From the NCBI GenBank assembly GCA_044376115.1, contig JBILLK010000014.1:160001-224000 (forward strand): a stretch of 64,000 nt of DNA, in the 5' to 3' direction. The stretch is from Polyangiaceae bacterium (GTDB lineage: Bacteria; Myxococcota_A; Polyangia; Polyangiales; Polyangiaceae). Shown here piece after piece: positions 18,176 to 27,858 of this stretch. The notes beneath the pieces are model-generated. The model was not told the DNA's origin, did not search any database, and saw only the letters and a list, made by a program, of their open reading frames with translations. The position numbers were made by a program, and so were the translations under genes. The stretch's first letter is position 1. The number at the start of each line of letters is the position of its first letter.

Positions 18176-19740
18176 TCGACCTCCAGATACGCGAGAAGCC
18201 CCTGTCGCCCGCCCTCACGGCCAAAGCCGCTTTCCTTGTAGCCACCGAAGGGGGAGCTGGGATCGAACTTGTTGAAGGTGTTGGCCCAGACCACGCCAGC
18301 GCGCAGCTTCTGAGCGATCTCGAAGCTCTTGGAGCCCTTGTCCGTCCACACGCCCGCCGAGAGCCCGTAAGCCGTGTTGTTCGCCTTCTCCACCGCCTCA
18401 TCAGGAGTGCGGAAGGAGAGCACGCTAAGCACCGGCCCAAAGATCTCCTCACGCGCGATGCGATGGGATTGAGAGACGTTGGAGAACACCGTCGGCGCGA
18501 ACCAGAAGCCGCGCTTGGGCAACTCGCACGGAGTGCTGAAGCGAACGGCGCCCTCCTCTTCCCCGCTTGCAACGAGCTCACGAATCTTATCGAGCTGCAT
18601 ACGGCTATTGATGGCGCCGACGTCGGTGTTCTTGTCGAGCGGATCACCCACGCGCAGCGTCTTCATACGGTCGTGGAGCTTGCGCAGCACGAGGTCGTGA
18701 ACGCCCTCCTGCACCAGGAGCCGCGACCCAGCGCAGCACACGTGGCCTTGGTTGAAGAAGATCGCTCCGACGATGCCTTCGATCGCTTGGTCGAGCGGAG
18801 CGTCGTCAAACACGATGTTGGCGGCCTTGCCACCGAGCTCGAGCGTGAGCCGCTTCTTGGTGCCTGCGAGAGCTTTTTGGATTCGCTTGCCGATCGCAGT
18901 CGAGCCGGTGAAGGCAACCTTGTTGACGTCCGGATGAGAGACCACTGCGGCCCCCGTTTTCCCAGCGCCAGTCACAATGTTCACGACGCCTGGCGGCAAA
19001 TCCGCCTCCTCTATGATCTTCGCTAACAAGAGCGCCGTGAGCGGAGTCGTTTCAGCGGGCTTGAGAACGCAGGTATTGCCGCAAGCAAGGGCCGGAGCGA
19101 GCTTCCAAGCCGCCATCAGCAGCGGGAAATTCCAGGGGATGACTTGCCCGGCAACGCCCAGAGGCCGCGGAGTTGCGCCTGGGAACGCGTACTTCAGTTT
19201 GTCTGCCCAGCCTGCGTAGTAGAAGAAGTGGTTGGCGGCCGTGGGCACGTCGAAGTCACGCGCCTCTTTGATCGGCTTGCCACCATCCATCGATTCGACG
19301 ATGGCAAATTCACGAGCTTTCTCCTGCAGCGCGCGCGCGATGCGGAAGATGTACTTGGCGCGATCGATCGGTCGCATCGGGCGCCAATACTTCTCGTAAG
19401 CGTGACGTGCAGCAGCCACCGCCTTGTCCACGTCGCGTTCGTCCGCCTCCGCGACTTCAGCGAGCTTCTCCTCGGTGGACGGACTGACGGTGTCGAAATA
19501 ACGACCCGAGAGCGGCTTCTGCCAACGTCCGTTAATGAAAAGCTCGTAGCGCTTTTCGATCACGACGTGGTCGGCTGACTCGGGCGCCGGCGCGTACGAC
19601 CACTTTGACCCGAATTGCAGCCCGAAGGATTGCCCATCCGAGCCGGGTGAGGTCGAGGCTACATGCGGTTCAACCGCGCGCACGATCGCCCTCTCGGACT
19701 TCTTGTTCACCTTTGCGGTGCTGCCATTTTTGGCTGCCAT
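18172..19740 (-). CDS. Aldehyde dehydrogenase
   Basis: PWNFP, KPAE.TP, FTGS, ELGGK, NQGHVCCAG, EEIFGP, PFGGYKESG. Confidence 0.95.
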   Translation of the reverse strand: MAAKNGSTAKVNKKSERAIVRAVEPHVASTSPGSDGQSFGLQFGSKWSYAPAPESADHVVIEKRYELFINGRWQKPLSGRYFDTVSPSTEEKLAEVAEADERDVDKAVAAARHAYEKYWRPMRPIDRAKYIFRIARALQEKAREFAIVESMDGGKPIKEARDFDVPTAANHFFYYAGWADKLKYAFPGATPRPLGVAGQVIPWNFPLLMAAWKLAPALACGNTCVLKPAETTPLTALLLAKIIEEADLPPGVVNIVTGAGKTGAAVVSHPDVNKVAFTGSTAIGKRIQKALAGTKKRLTLELGGKAANIVFDDAPLDQAIEGIVGAIFFNQGHVCCAGSRLLVQEGVHDLVLRKLHDRMKTLRVGDPLDKNTDVGAINSRMQLDKIRELVASGEEEGAVRFSTPCELPKRGFWFAPTVFSNVSQSHRIAREEIFGPVLSVLSFRTPDEAVEKANNTAYGLSAGVWTDKGSKSFEIAQKLRAGVVWANTFNKFDPSSPFGGYKESGFGREGGRQGLLAYLEVE

Positions 19741-19809
19741 AGGGCACGCACTGTATCCAGGCGGGCGCCAGAAAACACCCTCGAATTTGAGCTTCGCGAG
19801 CCGGGCGGC

Positions 19810-20622
19810 TCAGCTGCCCGTGAAGCGCGGCTCTCGCTTTTCAATGAAGGCGCTCATCGCTTCCTTCAGGTCGTTACTCGCGAGATGCGCGGCATTCCAA
19901 AGCGCAACGTACTCAAGCCCGGCGCGCTCACCCTGTTCCTCGGTTACCCGCAGGACGGCCTTGGTGCCCTGCACCACGAGGGGCGCATTGCCAGCAGCTT
20001 CACGTGCGACCTCACGAGCGGCTTGCAGCACGTCGACCTCGCTCTCGAACAGATCGTTGACCAAGCCGATGCGCAGCGCCCGTTCAGAGCTGATGTCCTT
20101 CCCGGTGAGGGCCATCTCCCGCAAGTGACCGCGCGGAACGACCGCTTGAAGACGTTGTAGGGAGCCCATATCAGCGACGATGGCGATCTTGGTCTCACGG
20201 ATGCCAAAGCGCGCCGACTTTGCGGCCAACCGCACGTCACACGCTGCCACGAGATCCAAGCCACCACCGATGCACAGGCCGTGAATGGCGGCGATGAAGG
20301 GCTTGTTGCTGGCGGCGATCGCGTCGAAACCTGCGCGCAAGCGGCCGACCAAACGCAGTAGTTCGAGCCGCTCTTTGGCCAGCCCACCATCCAACAAGGC
20401 GCTTCCGAGCGCGGGTGCCATTTGCACTAGATCGAGCCCCGTCGAAAACTGAGGGCCGTCGGCCGCCACCACCACCGCGCGCACCGCCTCGTCGGCATCG
20501 AGCTGTGCCACCACCTTCGGTAGTTCCTCGAAGAACGCTGGCCCCATCGCGTTCCGTCTCGAAGGATTGGCCAGAAACAGCGTAGCCACGTGCCCATCTT
20601 GCTCGACCCGAAAGACGCTCAT
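19810..20622 (-). CDS. Enoyl-CoA hydratase/isomerase (crotonase family)
   Basis: RRNAM, FSTGLDL, KPFIAAIHG.CIGGG, IVADMGSLQRL, FIEKREPRF; real start MSVFRV at 20622. Confidence 0.92.
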   Translation of the reverse strand: MSVFRVEQDGHVATLFLANPSRRNAMGPAFFEELPKVVAQLDADEAVRAVVVAADGPQFSTGLDLVQMAPALGSALLDGGLAKERLELLRLVGRLRAGFDAIAASNKPFIAAIHGLCIGGGLDLVAACDVRLAAKSARFGIRETKIAIVADMGSLQRLQAVVPRGHLREMALTGKDISSERALRIGLVNDLFESEVDVLQAAREVAREAAGNAPLVVQGTKAVLRVTEEQGERAGLEYVALWNAAHLASNDLKEAMSAFIEKREPRFTGS

Positions 20623-20679
20623 GGCAAAAGCACAGCACGAAGGTCGTTCGGAATCCAGGTCTGCTGCCATAATGCCGCC

Positions 20680-21504
20680 GTGAGGTCGCCCACACTCTCC
20701 GCGCTCGCCGGCTCGTTCGAGGCCGTCCGAACACTGCGGCTCGGTGAGACGGACATTCTCCCGCTGCCTTCGGCTACTTTTGAGTACGAGCCGCGCAGGC
20801 GGGGCGCACGGCCTCCGCTCATGGACGTCTACCAACCGCACCACCCCAACCAACGTTGGATGTTGGTGATTCACGGTGGCGGCTTCACCACCGGCTCGCG
20901 CAACATGAAGCCGTCGCGAACCATCGCGGCGTACTTTCTCGCGCGCGGCTGGCAGGTGTACTCGGCGGACTACCCGCTCGCTCGCGCTGGCGGCATCAAG
21001 CTTCCCGAGCAGCGCGAATCGGTCGAAAACGCCGTCCGCGCCGCGGCGCGCCACGCCCAACGGCAGACCGGAGTCGCAAGCAAAGGCGTGCTTCTCGGTT
21101 GCTCCGCAGGCGCGACGCTCGCGTTGCTCGCCAGCGAGCAGGAGCTCGACCACGTCGAGACAGTGGTCTCCTGCTTTGGCCTCTACGACTTCACTGCGTT
21201 GGATGCTCCGCTGCTCAAGCTCTTTCGCGGCTTGGTGCTCGGCTCGGCGTCGCACGAAGCAGCGCTTGTGGCCTCGCCTTCCCACCGCGCAAAGCCGCTC
21301 CCGCGAACGGTCTTGCTCCACGGAACGGCCGATCGACTGGTCCCCCACGAGCAGGCCGAGCAGATGGAGCGGGCCCTCGTTCGCGCGGGGGCGAAAGCCG
21401 AGCGCTTCGAGTACGTCGGTGCGCCGCACGCTTTCTTCAACGATCGAAGGTCGCCGACCTGCCTGCGAGCCCTCGCCGACATCGATCGCGCACTCAGCGT
21501 GTAA
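20680..21504 (+). CDS. Alpha/beta hydrolase (HSL-family esterase); start uncertain
   Basis: IHGGGF, GCSAG nucleophile elbow, HGTAD, HAFF. Confidence 0.85.
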   Translation: MRSPTLSALAGSFEAVRTLRLGETDILPLPSATFEYEPRRRGARPPLMDVYQPHHPNQRWMLVIHGGGFTTGSRNMKPSRTIAAYFLARGWQVYSADYPLARAGGIKLPEQRESVENAVRAAARHAQRQTGVASKGVLLGCSAGATLALLASEQELDHVETVVSCFGLYDFTALDAPLLKLFRGLVLGSASHEAALVASPSHRAKPLPRTVLLHGTADRLVPHEQAEQMERALVRAGAKAERFEYVGAPHAFFNDRRSPTCLRALADIDRALSV

Positions 21505-21533
21505 GGAACGGCGTAGGAGTACGTTTAGCGTTT

Positions 21534-22157
21534 ATGGGACCGCTTCTTCGCTCGACAATCGCCTTCCTAGCTCTCACCTTCGGCTCGGGCTGCGCCTCCT
21601 ACCTTCCGTTCTCCCAAGAGTTGCGGGATGAGCACCGGCTCGAGACGAAGGACCTGAAGAACCTCCAGTTTTACACCTCACACACGATCACCCTGCGACG
21701 TGAGGCAGAGCGTGGAGGTCGCGAGATCACGCCCGGTCACAAGTTGCTGTTGATCGCTGGCAAACAGATCGAGGAGGTCGTGATCGAGAAGCATACGCCG
21801 GGGATCGTGGTTGGAGCCTCCGGGTCGAGCTTGGAGGTGAGCTTCGCGGAAGGATCTTCGATGACCTTCTCGCTGCGTGGCCCTGAGCCTCTTTCCGAGC
21901 CGGTGGTTCTGGATCGCCGTTTCGCCGAACCGCCGGATCCCTTCCCTGGCAACCGAGTCAATCGGCCCGAGCCGGAACCCGCGCTCTCCACCGGCTTCGG
22001 CAACTACTACCTCACGCCGCGCGGCCGCACGGTCGAGTTCCAGGGAAAGACCTGGGACGCGGTGGGCGAATCGGACCTGTCGCACTTGGTGATAAGCACC
22101 GAATCGTTGGAAGAGGTGCAAGAAAGTGAGACCGTGCTCAAGGGACGTACGCTCTAG
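21534..22157 (+). CDS. Uncharacterised lipoprotein
   Basis: MGPLLRSTIAFLALTFGSGC lipobox; the upstream ORF-track extension is shadow sequence. Confidence 0.7.
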   Translation: MGPLLRSTIAFLALTFGSGCASYLPFSQELRDEHRLETKDLKNLQFYTSHTITLRREAERGGREITPGHKLLLIAGKQIEEVVIEKHTPGIVVGASGSSLEVSFAEGSSMTFSLRGPEPLSEPVVLDRRFAEPPDPFPGNRVNRPEPEPALSTGFGNYYLTPRGRTVEFQGKTWDAVGESDLSHLVISTESLEEVQESETVLKGRTL

Positions 22158-22192
22158 CCCAACCGCTCACGCAAAAGTGGTAGCACCGCGCT

Positions 22193-22957
22193 ATGCATGT
22201 GGTGATTACCGGAGCTTCCGTAGGGATCGGCGAAGCGCTAGCGCGAGAGTTTCACAAGCGCGGAGCAACGCTCTCGCTGATCGCGCGGCGCAAACAAAAG
22301 CTCGAGCAGCTAGCGCAAGAGCTCGGCTCCCGCAGCCACGTCTATGCAGCAGACTTGGTGGACCCCAAGGCGGCTGCTGCGACCGTGGCGGAGTGCGCCA
22401 GTGACCAGGGCCCGATCGACGTGCTCGTGAACAACGCGGGCGTGCAGATCATCGCGGCCGCCCAAGACACAGACCCGGATCAAGGCGAGCGGCTGCTTGC
22501 GCTCAACGTCGCCACGCCGTTGCGGCTCATCCACGACGTGCTGCCATCGATGTTGGAGCGCAAACAGGGAACGATCGTGAACATGGCCTCGATGGCCGGT
22601 CTCTCGCCCGTCCCCAACATGCTCTATTACAACGCCTCCAAGGGTGGGCTTGCGAACGCCTCGGAGGCCTTGCGCGGCGAGCTTGACGGTACCGGGGTAA
22701 ACGTTCTCACGGTGTATCCAGGCCCGGTGCACACCGCGATGGGTGACAGCGGCATCGAAAAGTACGAAGCCACTTCGGTCGCCGCCATGGCCCCATGGGG
22801 AACCGCGGAGGAGCTGGCTGAATTGGTGGCGAGGGCGGTGGAACTGCGTGAGGCCAGGATCATTTATCCGCGCGCCTATGCCATCTCCCGTTGGTTCCCC
22901 AACCTTTCGCGCTGGTTTTCGTTGCGATTCGCGCCACCCCTCAAGTCACCGAGCTGA
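22193..22957 (+). CDS. Short-chain dehydrogenase/reductase
   Basis: TGAS.GIG, VNNAG, S..G, YNASK, PGPV.T. Confidence 0.93.
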   Translation: MHVVITGASVGIGEALAREFHKRGATLSLIARRKQKLEQLAQELGSRSHVYAADLVDPKAAAATVAECASDQGPIDVLVNNAGVQIIAAAQDTDPDQGERLLALNVATPLRLIHDVLPSMLERKQGTIVNMASMAGLSPVPNMLYYNASKGGLANASEALRGELDGTGVNVLTVYPGPVHTAMGDSGIEKYEATSVAAMAPWGTAEELAELVARAVELREARIIYPRAYAISRWFPNLSRWFSLRFAPPLKSPS

Positions 22958-22997
22958 GCTGAGCGCGAAGGCACGGTTTGTTGCGAAGCGTTGCACT

Positions 22998-23146
22998 GAA
23001 TGACTCGTGCCAAGTTCAAGTGACCGACGGGGCCTTCGGCCGTTCGTTATTGAAGAAGGCCCGAGTCATTCTGTTCACTGATCCGCCTTCGGCGGAATTC
23101 GGTTGCTCGACCAGGTGGAGGTGAGGCTGTAGGCTCGCTGGTCGAG
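22998..23146. other. Structured intergenic element (three hairpins); candidate sRNA, leader or repeat element
   Basis: GAATGACTCG(22998)..CGAGTCATTC(23071) long imperfect stem; TCCGCC-TTC-GGCGGA; CTCGACCAG..CTGGTCGAG. Confidence 0.45.
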
Positions 23147-23154
23147 GGGTTCCC

Positions 23155-23379
23155 ATGTCGATCTTCGTGTATCTGCTCTCCGCAATCTCCGGCCTCTATG
23201 GACTCGCATGGCTGATCTTCACCTTTGTCCAGCCGCCCTCGTCGGTCTCCTATTACTTCCGGCCGCCGACGTTTCTCTACTTCTTACCGGGTGAAGCCCC
23301 TGCGCGCTTCACCATGGCGCTGATCTTTGGTGGCGTCGTTCCGTTCTTCGCTTCTACCATCGTGGCGATGTTTGCCTAA
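23155..23379 (+). CDS. Small two-TM membrane protein
   Basis: 74 aa, two hydrophobic segments, GAGGGG RBS. Confidence 0.6.
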   Translation: MSIFVYLLSAISGLYGLAWLIFTFVQPPSSVSYYFRPPTFLYFLPGEAPARFTMALIFGGVVPFFASTIVAMFA

Positions 23380-23395
23380 CGTCGTCCTGCGCACG

Positions 23396-24988
23396 TCATT
23401 GCCATCGGGCCAAGCGAGACACCGCGAGCGGTGTAGCGACCAGACGCAGTCGAAGTACCTTCTCCTGCTGAAAGATCGCAACCAGGCCCCAGGCACTGGC
23501 TGGCTCTTCGGACCTAGGCCCAAGCAGCGAGCCAAGATCGACGGCACACAGCAGTAGAACTTGGTCGGGCATCGCGGACTGAAGCTCCCGCGGCACTGCG
23601 GTTTGCAGCGTGCGCTCCACGGGCTCGAACCCTTGTGAAAGAGCCAGCAGCGGGTCCTGCCCGCCCCCCAACCAAAGCTGCGAGCCCTCCACTCGAAGCG
23701 CGATCGCACCCTCGAGGCCCTTCATTGAGGAGCGCAGCCGATAACAGTCGCCAATGCGATTGAGCACGATCTTTTCGAGGGCGACTTCCGGAGGGGACTC
23801 GAGCAAAGCTTGCGCTTTGAAGGTCCGCTCAAGCTCGCTGGTCAAGCCGCTGGGGCGTTCGAGAGCGAAGTTGGCAAGCGCAAGTCGGCCGGTCCGACCA
23901 ATCGATACCGACAGCTTGGCCACCCCGCCCTTGATTCGTTGCAGGGCGTCGACGAGGGGTCGGAGCTCGGCCGGGAGCAGCGCCAGAGCAGCTTCCGACG
24001 CGAGCGGCCCACCTTGGGCATCACCGAGCACCAGGGATACAGCTGGTCCCGCCGGCATCTCGAACAACGCTTGTTTGGCAATCGGACTCAGTGAGCCGAG
24101 CGACGCGCCCTCCGCAAGCACGAGGTCCAGCGCAAGCAGCTCGCGTGAGATGCGGCAGAACATTGAGAGCTCCGCCTCAGGTCGTGGCGCCAGCAACGGC
24201 TGCAAGCTGGCGCTCACGACCTCTCGAAGCAGCAACGGCGCGGCAGGCGCTGCACCCAGGCGCGCGCTGACTTCACGAAGCACAGCCGCAGCGAGGACAC
24301 GAGCACGCAACGGCGCATCATCGCGATCGTCGACAGCTTGAAGAACGCTGAACGAGGCGGCCTCCGGCGTCGCGAGGTGGAGGGCGTATTGCTCGAGCCC
24401 TTCACGCGAACGCGCTGCCACGAGCGCGTTACGCACGACGCAGAGTTCAGCAACGCCCGCGCCGGTGAGCAGCTCCAAGAAATCGATGGGCCCCTTTGTC
24501 ACGCGGCGGAAACGGGCGCCGAGCCCCGCTGTCGCCAGCGCCAAGAGTTCGTCTGCATTGCGCAACGGAATGGCGATCAAACGCTCGCCTGCAGACGCCG
24601 ACAGCAGACGAATCGGCGCCGCCTCATCGACGGTCTGCGCCGCTTGCAGCGGCAATCCCAAGAGCGCAACCGCCGTCCCAGCCCAGGAATGCGACGCCAC
24701 AAAGCCGGTGTCGTAGTGATCCTTCAGCAGCTCATGCAGCGCGACCAACTGGCCGAAGGTCGCGACAGCCTCAACGCCGGGCGGCCGCTCGACAGCCGAC
24801 GGTGGAACGACAGTAGAGGCAGCAGATCCTGAGACCGGAACGGGAGTGCCGCGATCGCCACAGGCCGAGAGCGTGAGCCACGCGGCGCCATGTGCGAGCC
24901 AGATTCTTCGTTGCACGTTGGGAGTTGAGTCAGAAGCCAAGCTCCGCGCAAGTGAGAAGGGCCAGTCGCGCGGGATTCTTCCTGGCAA
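23396..24988 (-). CDS. Hypothetical (probable lipoprotein); start uncertain
   Basis: Long Ala/Leu-rich ORF with WLTLSAC lipobox-like motif. Confidence 0.6.
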   Translation of the reverse strand: MPGRIPRDWPFSLARSLASDSTPNVQRRIWLAHGAAWLTLSACGDRGTPVPVSGSAASTVVPPSAVERPPGVEAVATFGQLVALHELLKDHYDTGFVASHSWAGTAVALLGLPLQAAQTVDEAAPIRLLSASAGERLIAIPLRNADELLALATAGLGARFRRVTKGPIDFLELLTGAGVAELCVVRNALVAARSREGLEQYALHLATPEAASFSVLQAVDDRDDAPLRARVLAAAVLREVSARLGAAPAAPLLLREVVSASLQPLLAPRPEAELSMFCRISRELLALDLVLAEGASLGSLSPIAKQALFEMPAGPAVSLVLGDAQGGPLASEAALALLPAELRPLVDALQRIKGGVAKLSVSIGRTGRLALANFALERPSGLTSELERTFKAQALLESPPEVALEKIVLNRIGDCYRLRSSMKGLEGAIALRVEGSQLWLGGGQDPLLALSQGFEPVERTLQTAVPRELQSAMPDQVLLLCAVDLGSLLGPRSEEPASAWGLVAIFQQEKVLRLRLVATPLAVSRLARWQ

Positions 24989-25027
24989 GCGCTGGACTCG
25001 CCCAAAGCTTCGACATAAAGCCGGGCG

Positions 25028-26356
25028 ATGGTGTGTCGACTGCGACTTGCGTTGAGTTTTCTTCTCTCAGCAGGCTGCGGCTCCGCTTCCCATTCTGTCG
25101 TCACACCCGCACCTTCCGCAGCCTCTTCTACGCCACCGCAGTTGAGCGCCGCCCCTGTCGCGCAAGAGCCCGAGGCCAAAGCCCTGGCGGCCGAGCCCGC
25201 CGCCGTGCCCGCGTTCGTTACGAGCAACTCCCAGCTGCAGCACTTCCAAAAGTCGCTCTACGATCTTTCGATTGGGAAGCGCAAAACGCCCAGCCGCATC
25301 CTTTGGCTTGGAGATTCCCACGGCCAAGCGGACTTCTGGTCCGGACGCGTGCGCAGACTTTTGGGCGATGCGTTCGGCGACGGTGGGCCGGGCTTTCTGC
25401 ATCTTGGCTACAAGAACTACCGGCACGACGACGTGCGCTTCGAGATCGAGGGGAAGTGGCGGATGCGCCCAAAGAAACCCGTCGGGGTCAAACGACAGGC
25501 CGACGGTGTCTTTGGACTCGGCGGGTTGATGATGGGCGGTTACAAGGATTCACCACGCGTCGATCTCAAGTTGGGTGCGCGCTGGCGGCCTCAAGCGGTG
25601 TCCTTCGATCTTTGCTACCGGCTGCACGACGCTGCGGATCGCGTTGAGGTACAAGACCTCGCGACGCCAAACTCGAAGCCGCTGACCGTACCGAAGGGCA
25701 AGAGCGAAACGGTGCTCCACCACACGTGGCGAACGAACGTTGATTGGACGCTGCAGGATGGCGTGAAAGAGCCAGCGCTACTTCGCGTGACGCCGTTCGG
25801 CAAAGCCGAACTCTGCGGGCTCGTCGTTGAAGCCGTGGACGAAGCGAAGCCGGGCATCGTGCTCGATACGCTTGCCATCAACGGAGCCCGCTACGGGACG
25901 ATGCTGGCTTGGGATGAGGCGGCCTGGGTGAACGAGGCTGCGCGGCGCGAGCCGCAGTTGGTGATTCTCGAACTTGGTACCAACGAGGCGGGCGACCTCA
26001 ATCCGCCGGTGACCAAGATCGAAAAGCAGGTGTCCGAACTCGTCGCGCGTGTGCGCAAGGCCAACCCAGAGGTCGATTGTCTCGTGGTATCGCCAACCGA
26101 TCGGGCCGACGCGGAAGAGGGCGTCGCCCAAGTGCGCGAGGCCACCCGCAAAGGTGCTGAGGCCGCTGGCTGCGCCTACCTAGACGTGTGGACGCTGTTG
26201 GGCGGGAAAGGCGCATTTTCTCGACTGCGTGAGGAGCAGACGCCCAAGGTCCAAAAGGACGGGATCCACCTAACGATTCGTGGCTACCAAGAGCTGGGCC
26301 CACCGATGGTCGAGGAACTGTTGCGAGGCTTTGAGCCCGTGCGCGCAAAGCCATGA
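25028..26356 (+). CDS. SGNH/GDSL hydrolase lipoprotein, Ape1-like (peptidoglycan O-acetylesterase-like)
   Basis: Lipobox LSAGC; RILWLGDSH..D, FGDGGPGF, INGA, LGTNE, DGIH. Confidence 0.8.
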   Translation: MVCRLRLALSFLLSAGCGSASHSVVTPAPSAASSTPPQLSAAPVAQEPEAKALAAEPAAVPAFVTSNSQLQHFQKSLYDLSIGKRKTPSRILWLGDSHGQADFWSGRVRRLLGDAFGDGGPGFLHLGYKNYRHDDVRFEIEGKWRMRPKKPVGVKRQADGVFGLGGLMMGGYKDSPRVDLKLGARWRPQAVSFDLCYRLHDAADRVEVQDLATPNSKPLTVPKGKSETVLHHTWRTNVDWTLQDGVKEPALLRVTPFGKAELCGLVVEAVDEAKPGIVLDTLAINGARYGTMLAWDEAAWVNEAARREPQLVILELGTNEAGDLNPPVTKIEKQVSELVARVRKANPEVDCLVVSPTDRADAEEGVAQVREATRKGAEAAGCAYLDVWTLLGGKGAFSRLREEQTPKVQKDGIHLTIRGYQELGPPMVEELLRGFEPVRAKP

Positions 26357-27303
26357 CGGCCTACCGCAGCGACCGTGACGCCAAGCTGGCGCGTTTCAAT
26401 AGCGTCTTTAGCCAGATCGAAGATCTCGAGAGACGCTTCAAACTGCTCACAGCGCTCGAGATCGCTCACGCACGTGCGCCACACGAGCTCGCGAGCTGGA
26501 CGCAACTTCGAGAGCGCGTGATTGAGCAGCACGAGCACCTCAGCAGCCTCTCAGAGCCGGAGCTGGAGACCGCACTCAACGACGCCGAAGCTTTGTTGGC
26601 GCATTGGCAAGTGCTCTCGGCCAACGCCGATCAGCTCGAAGCGGCTGTAACCGTTCCAGCCCCCGAGGCCCCTGCCCCACCAAGGATCCTTAGCGGGCTG
26701 TTGGGTCCGATCGCTGTGCCGCTCGATCTCGAAGGAGGCGTTTTTCGCGAAGCGCGCGAGCTACCCAAGCAGGTGGGCGCAGCGCTCCGCCTGGCTGGCT
26801 GTGAAGACGTTGCGTTTGACTGGGAGGTTGAACCTACATTCGGCGCACTACCGTGGGTGTGTCGCGCACAAACAAGGCTGCGCAACACGCCCATTGCCTG
26901 CTTGTTCGAGGTCACGCTCGAGATGGGCGCAACCATCGCCATGACCTCGCTTTCGACCGCCGTCCCAGCCGCCGCGCCACCGCTCTTGGTGTTGAGCCGC
27001 GGCGCTTGGAAAAAGCGCTTGTTCGCCAATCGTTCGCGCTTCGGTGTTGAGCAAAGGACCGGCGATGAAGACTTCGACGCGTCCTACGCGTTGCGCACGA
27101 AGGGTGATGCGCCACTGGACGTGCAGGGGCGAAAGGCGCTGATGGAGCTATTGCCGGCCCGCAACCCGAGCCTCATGGTCGACAACGGAGCTGCACTCAT
27201 CCGCTGGCAATACGGGCCCGAGAAACCGCTCTTGTGCGCCTCGATCGAGCTTCTCGAACTGCTGCGAGAGCGTCCCACCGGCTTTCGCCTGCGCGCCGAG
27301 TGA
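26353..27303 (+). CDS. Hypothetical protein
   Basis: 316 aa, ATGA overlap with the upstream gene; N-terminal coiled coil; TGDEDFDA motif. Confidence 0.65.
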   Translation: MTAYRSDRDAKLARFNSVFSQIEDLERRFKLLTALEIAHARAPHELASWTQLRERVIEQHEHLSSLSEPELETALNDAEALLAHWQVLSANADQLEAAVTVPAPEAPAPPRILSGLLGPIAVPLDLEGGVFREARELPKQVGAALRLAGCEDVAFDWEVEPTFGALPWVCRAQTRLRNTPIACLFEVTLEMGATIAMTSLSTAVPAAAPPLLVLSRGAWKKRLFANRSRFGVEQRTGDEDFDASYALRTKGDAPLDVQGRKALMELLPARNPSLMVDNGAALIRWQYGPEKPLLCASIELLELLRERPTGFRLRAE

Positions 27304-27335
27304 GCGCTGCGACGAGCTAGGAACCATGGAAAGCG

Positions 27336-27370
27336 AAAACCCCACTTCTCCGAAAGGAGAAGCGGGGTTT
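27336..27370 (-). terminator. Intrinsic terminator after rplI (possibly bidirectional)
   Basis: Minus strand AAACCCCGCTTCTCC-TTTC-GGAGAAGTGGGGTTTT. Confidence 0.8.
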
Positions 27371-27390
27371 CAACGCTGGGAGCGTTCAGC

Positions 27391-27846
27391 TCAGGCCTTG
27401 GCAGCAACGTCGACCTTGATGGTCGCCGTAACCGTGGGCGCGAGACGGATCTGAACTTCGTGCGTCCCGAGCGCCTTGAGCGGCTCGCTGAGGATGCGAC
27501 GACGGTCAACGACGAAGCCAGCTTGCGAAAGGGCCTCCTCGATGTCGCGATGGGTGACAGAGCCGTACAGCTTGTCGCCCTCGCCGACCTGACGGGTGAC
27601 CGTCAGCTTGACCTGAGAGAGCTTCTCGGCGAGCGTCTTGGCCTCGGCGAGAACCTTCTGAGCCTTTGCTTCGGCTACCTTCTTTTGGTGCTCGATGCGC
27701 TTGATGTTGCCCTCGGTCGCACCGATGGCGAGACCGCGCGGCACCAAGTAGTTACGAGCGAAGCCCGGACGAACTTTGACGAGCTCGCCGCCTTTGCCGA
27801 CGTTGGCCAGATCTTGAGTAAGGACGACGTGAATATGCGAAGCCAT
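27391..27846 (-). CDS. rplI: 50S ribosomal protein L9
   Basis: GK.GE.VKV.PGFARNYL.PRG.A, KLYGSVT..DI. Confidence 0.97.
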   Translation of the reverse strand: MASHIHVVLTQDLANVGKGGELVKVRPGFARNYLVPRGLAIGATEGNIKRIEHQKKVAEAKAQKVLAEAKTLAEKLSQVKLTVTRQVGEGDKLYGSVTHRDIEEALSQAGFVVDRRRILSEPLKALGTHEVQIRLAPTVTATIKVDVAAKA

Positions 27847-27858
27847 GTCTCGCCTCCG

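Noticed and set aside
20623..21533. Apparent long fusions (539-aa crotonase, 433-aa lipoprotein)
   Set aside because: The extensions are alternative frames of the alpha/beta hydrolase gene; real starts are 20622 and 21534.
22969..22984. Sigma54-like AGGCACGGTTTGTTGC upstream of the structured region
   Set aside because: GG-to-GC spacing is 11 nt, not the required 10.
22998..23146. Identification as SRP RNA, 6S RNA or a known riboswitch
   Set aside because: No SRP GGAA/AGCAG motif, no long closing stem or usual synteny for 6S, and no riboswitch consensus recognised.
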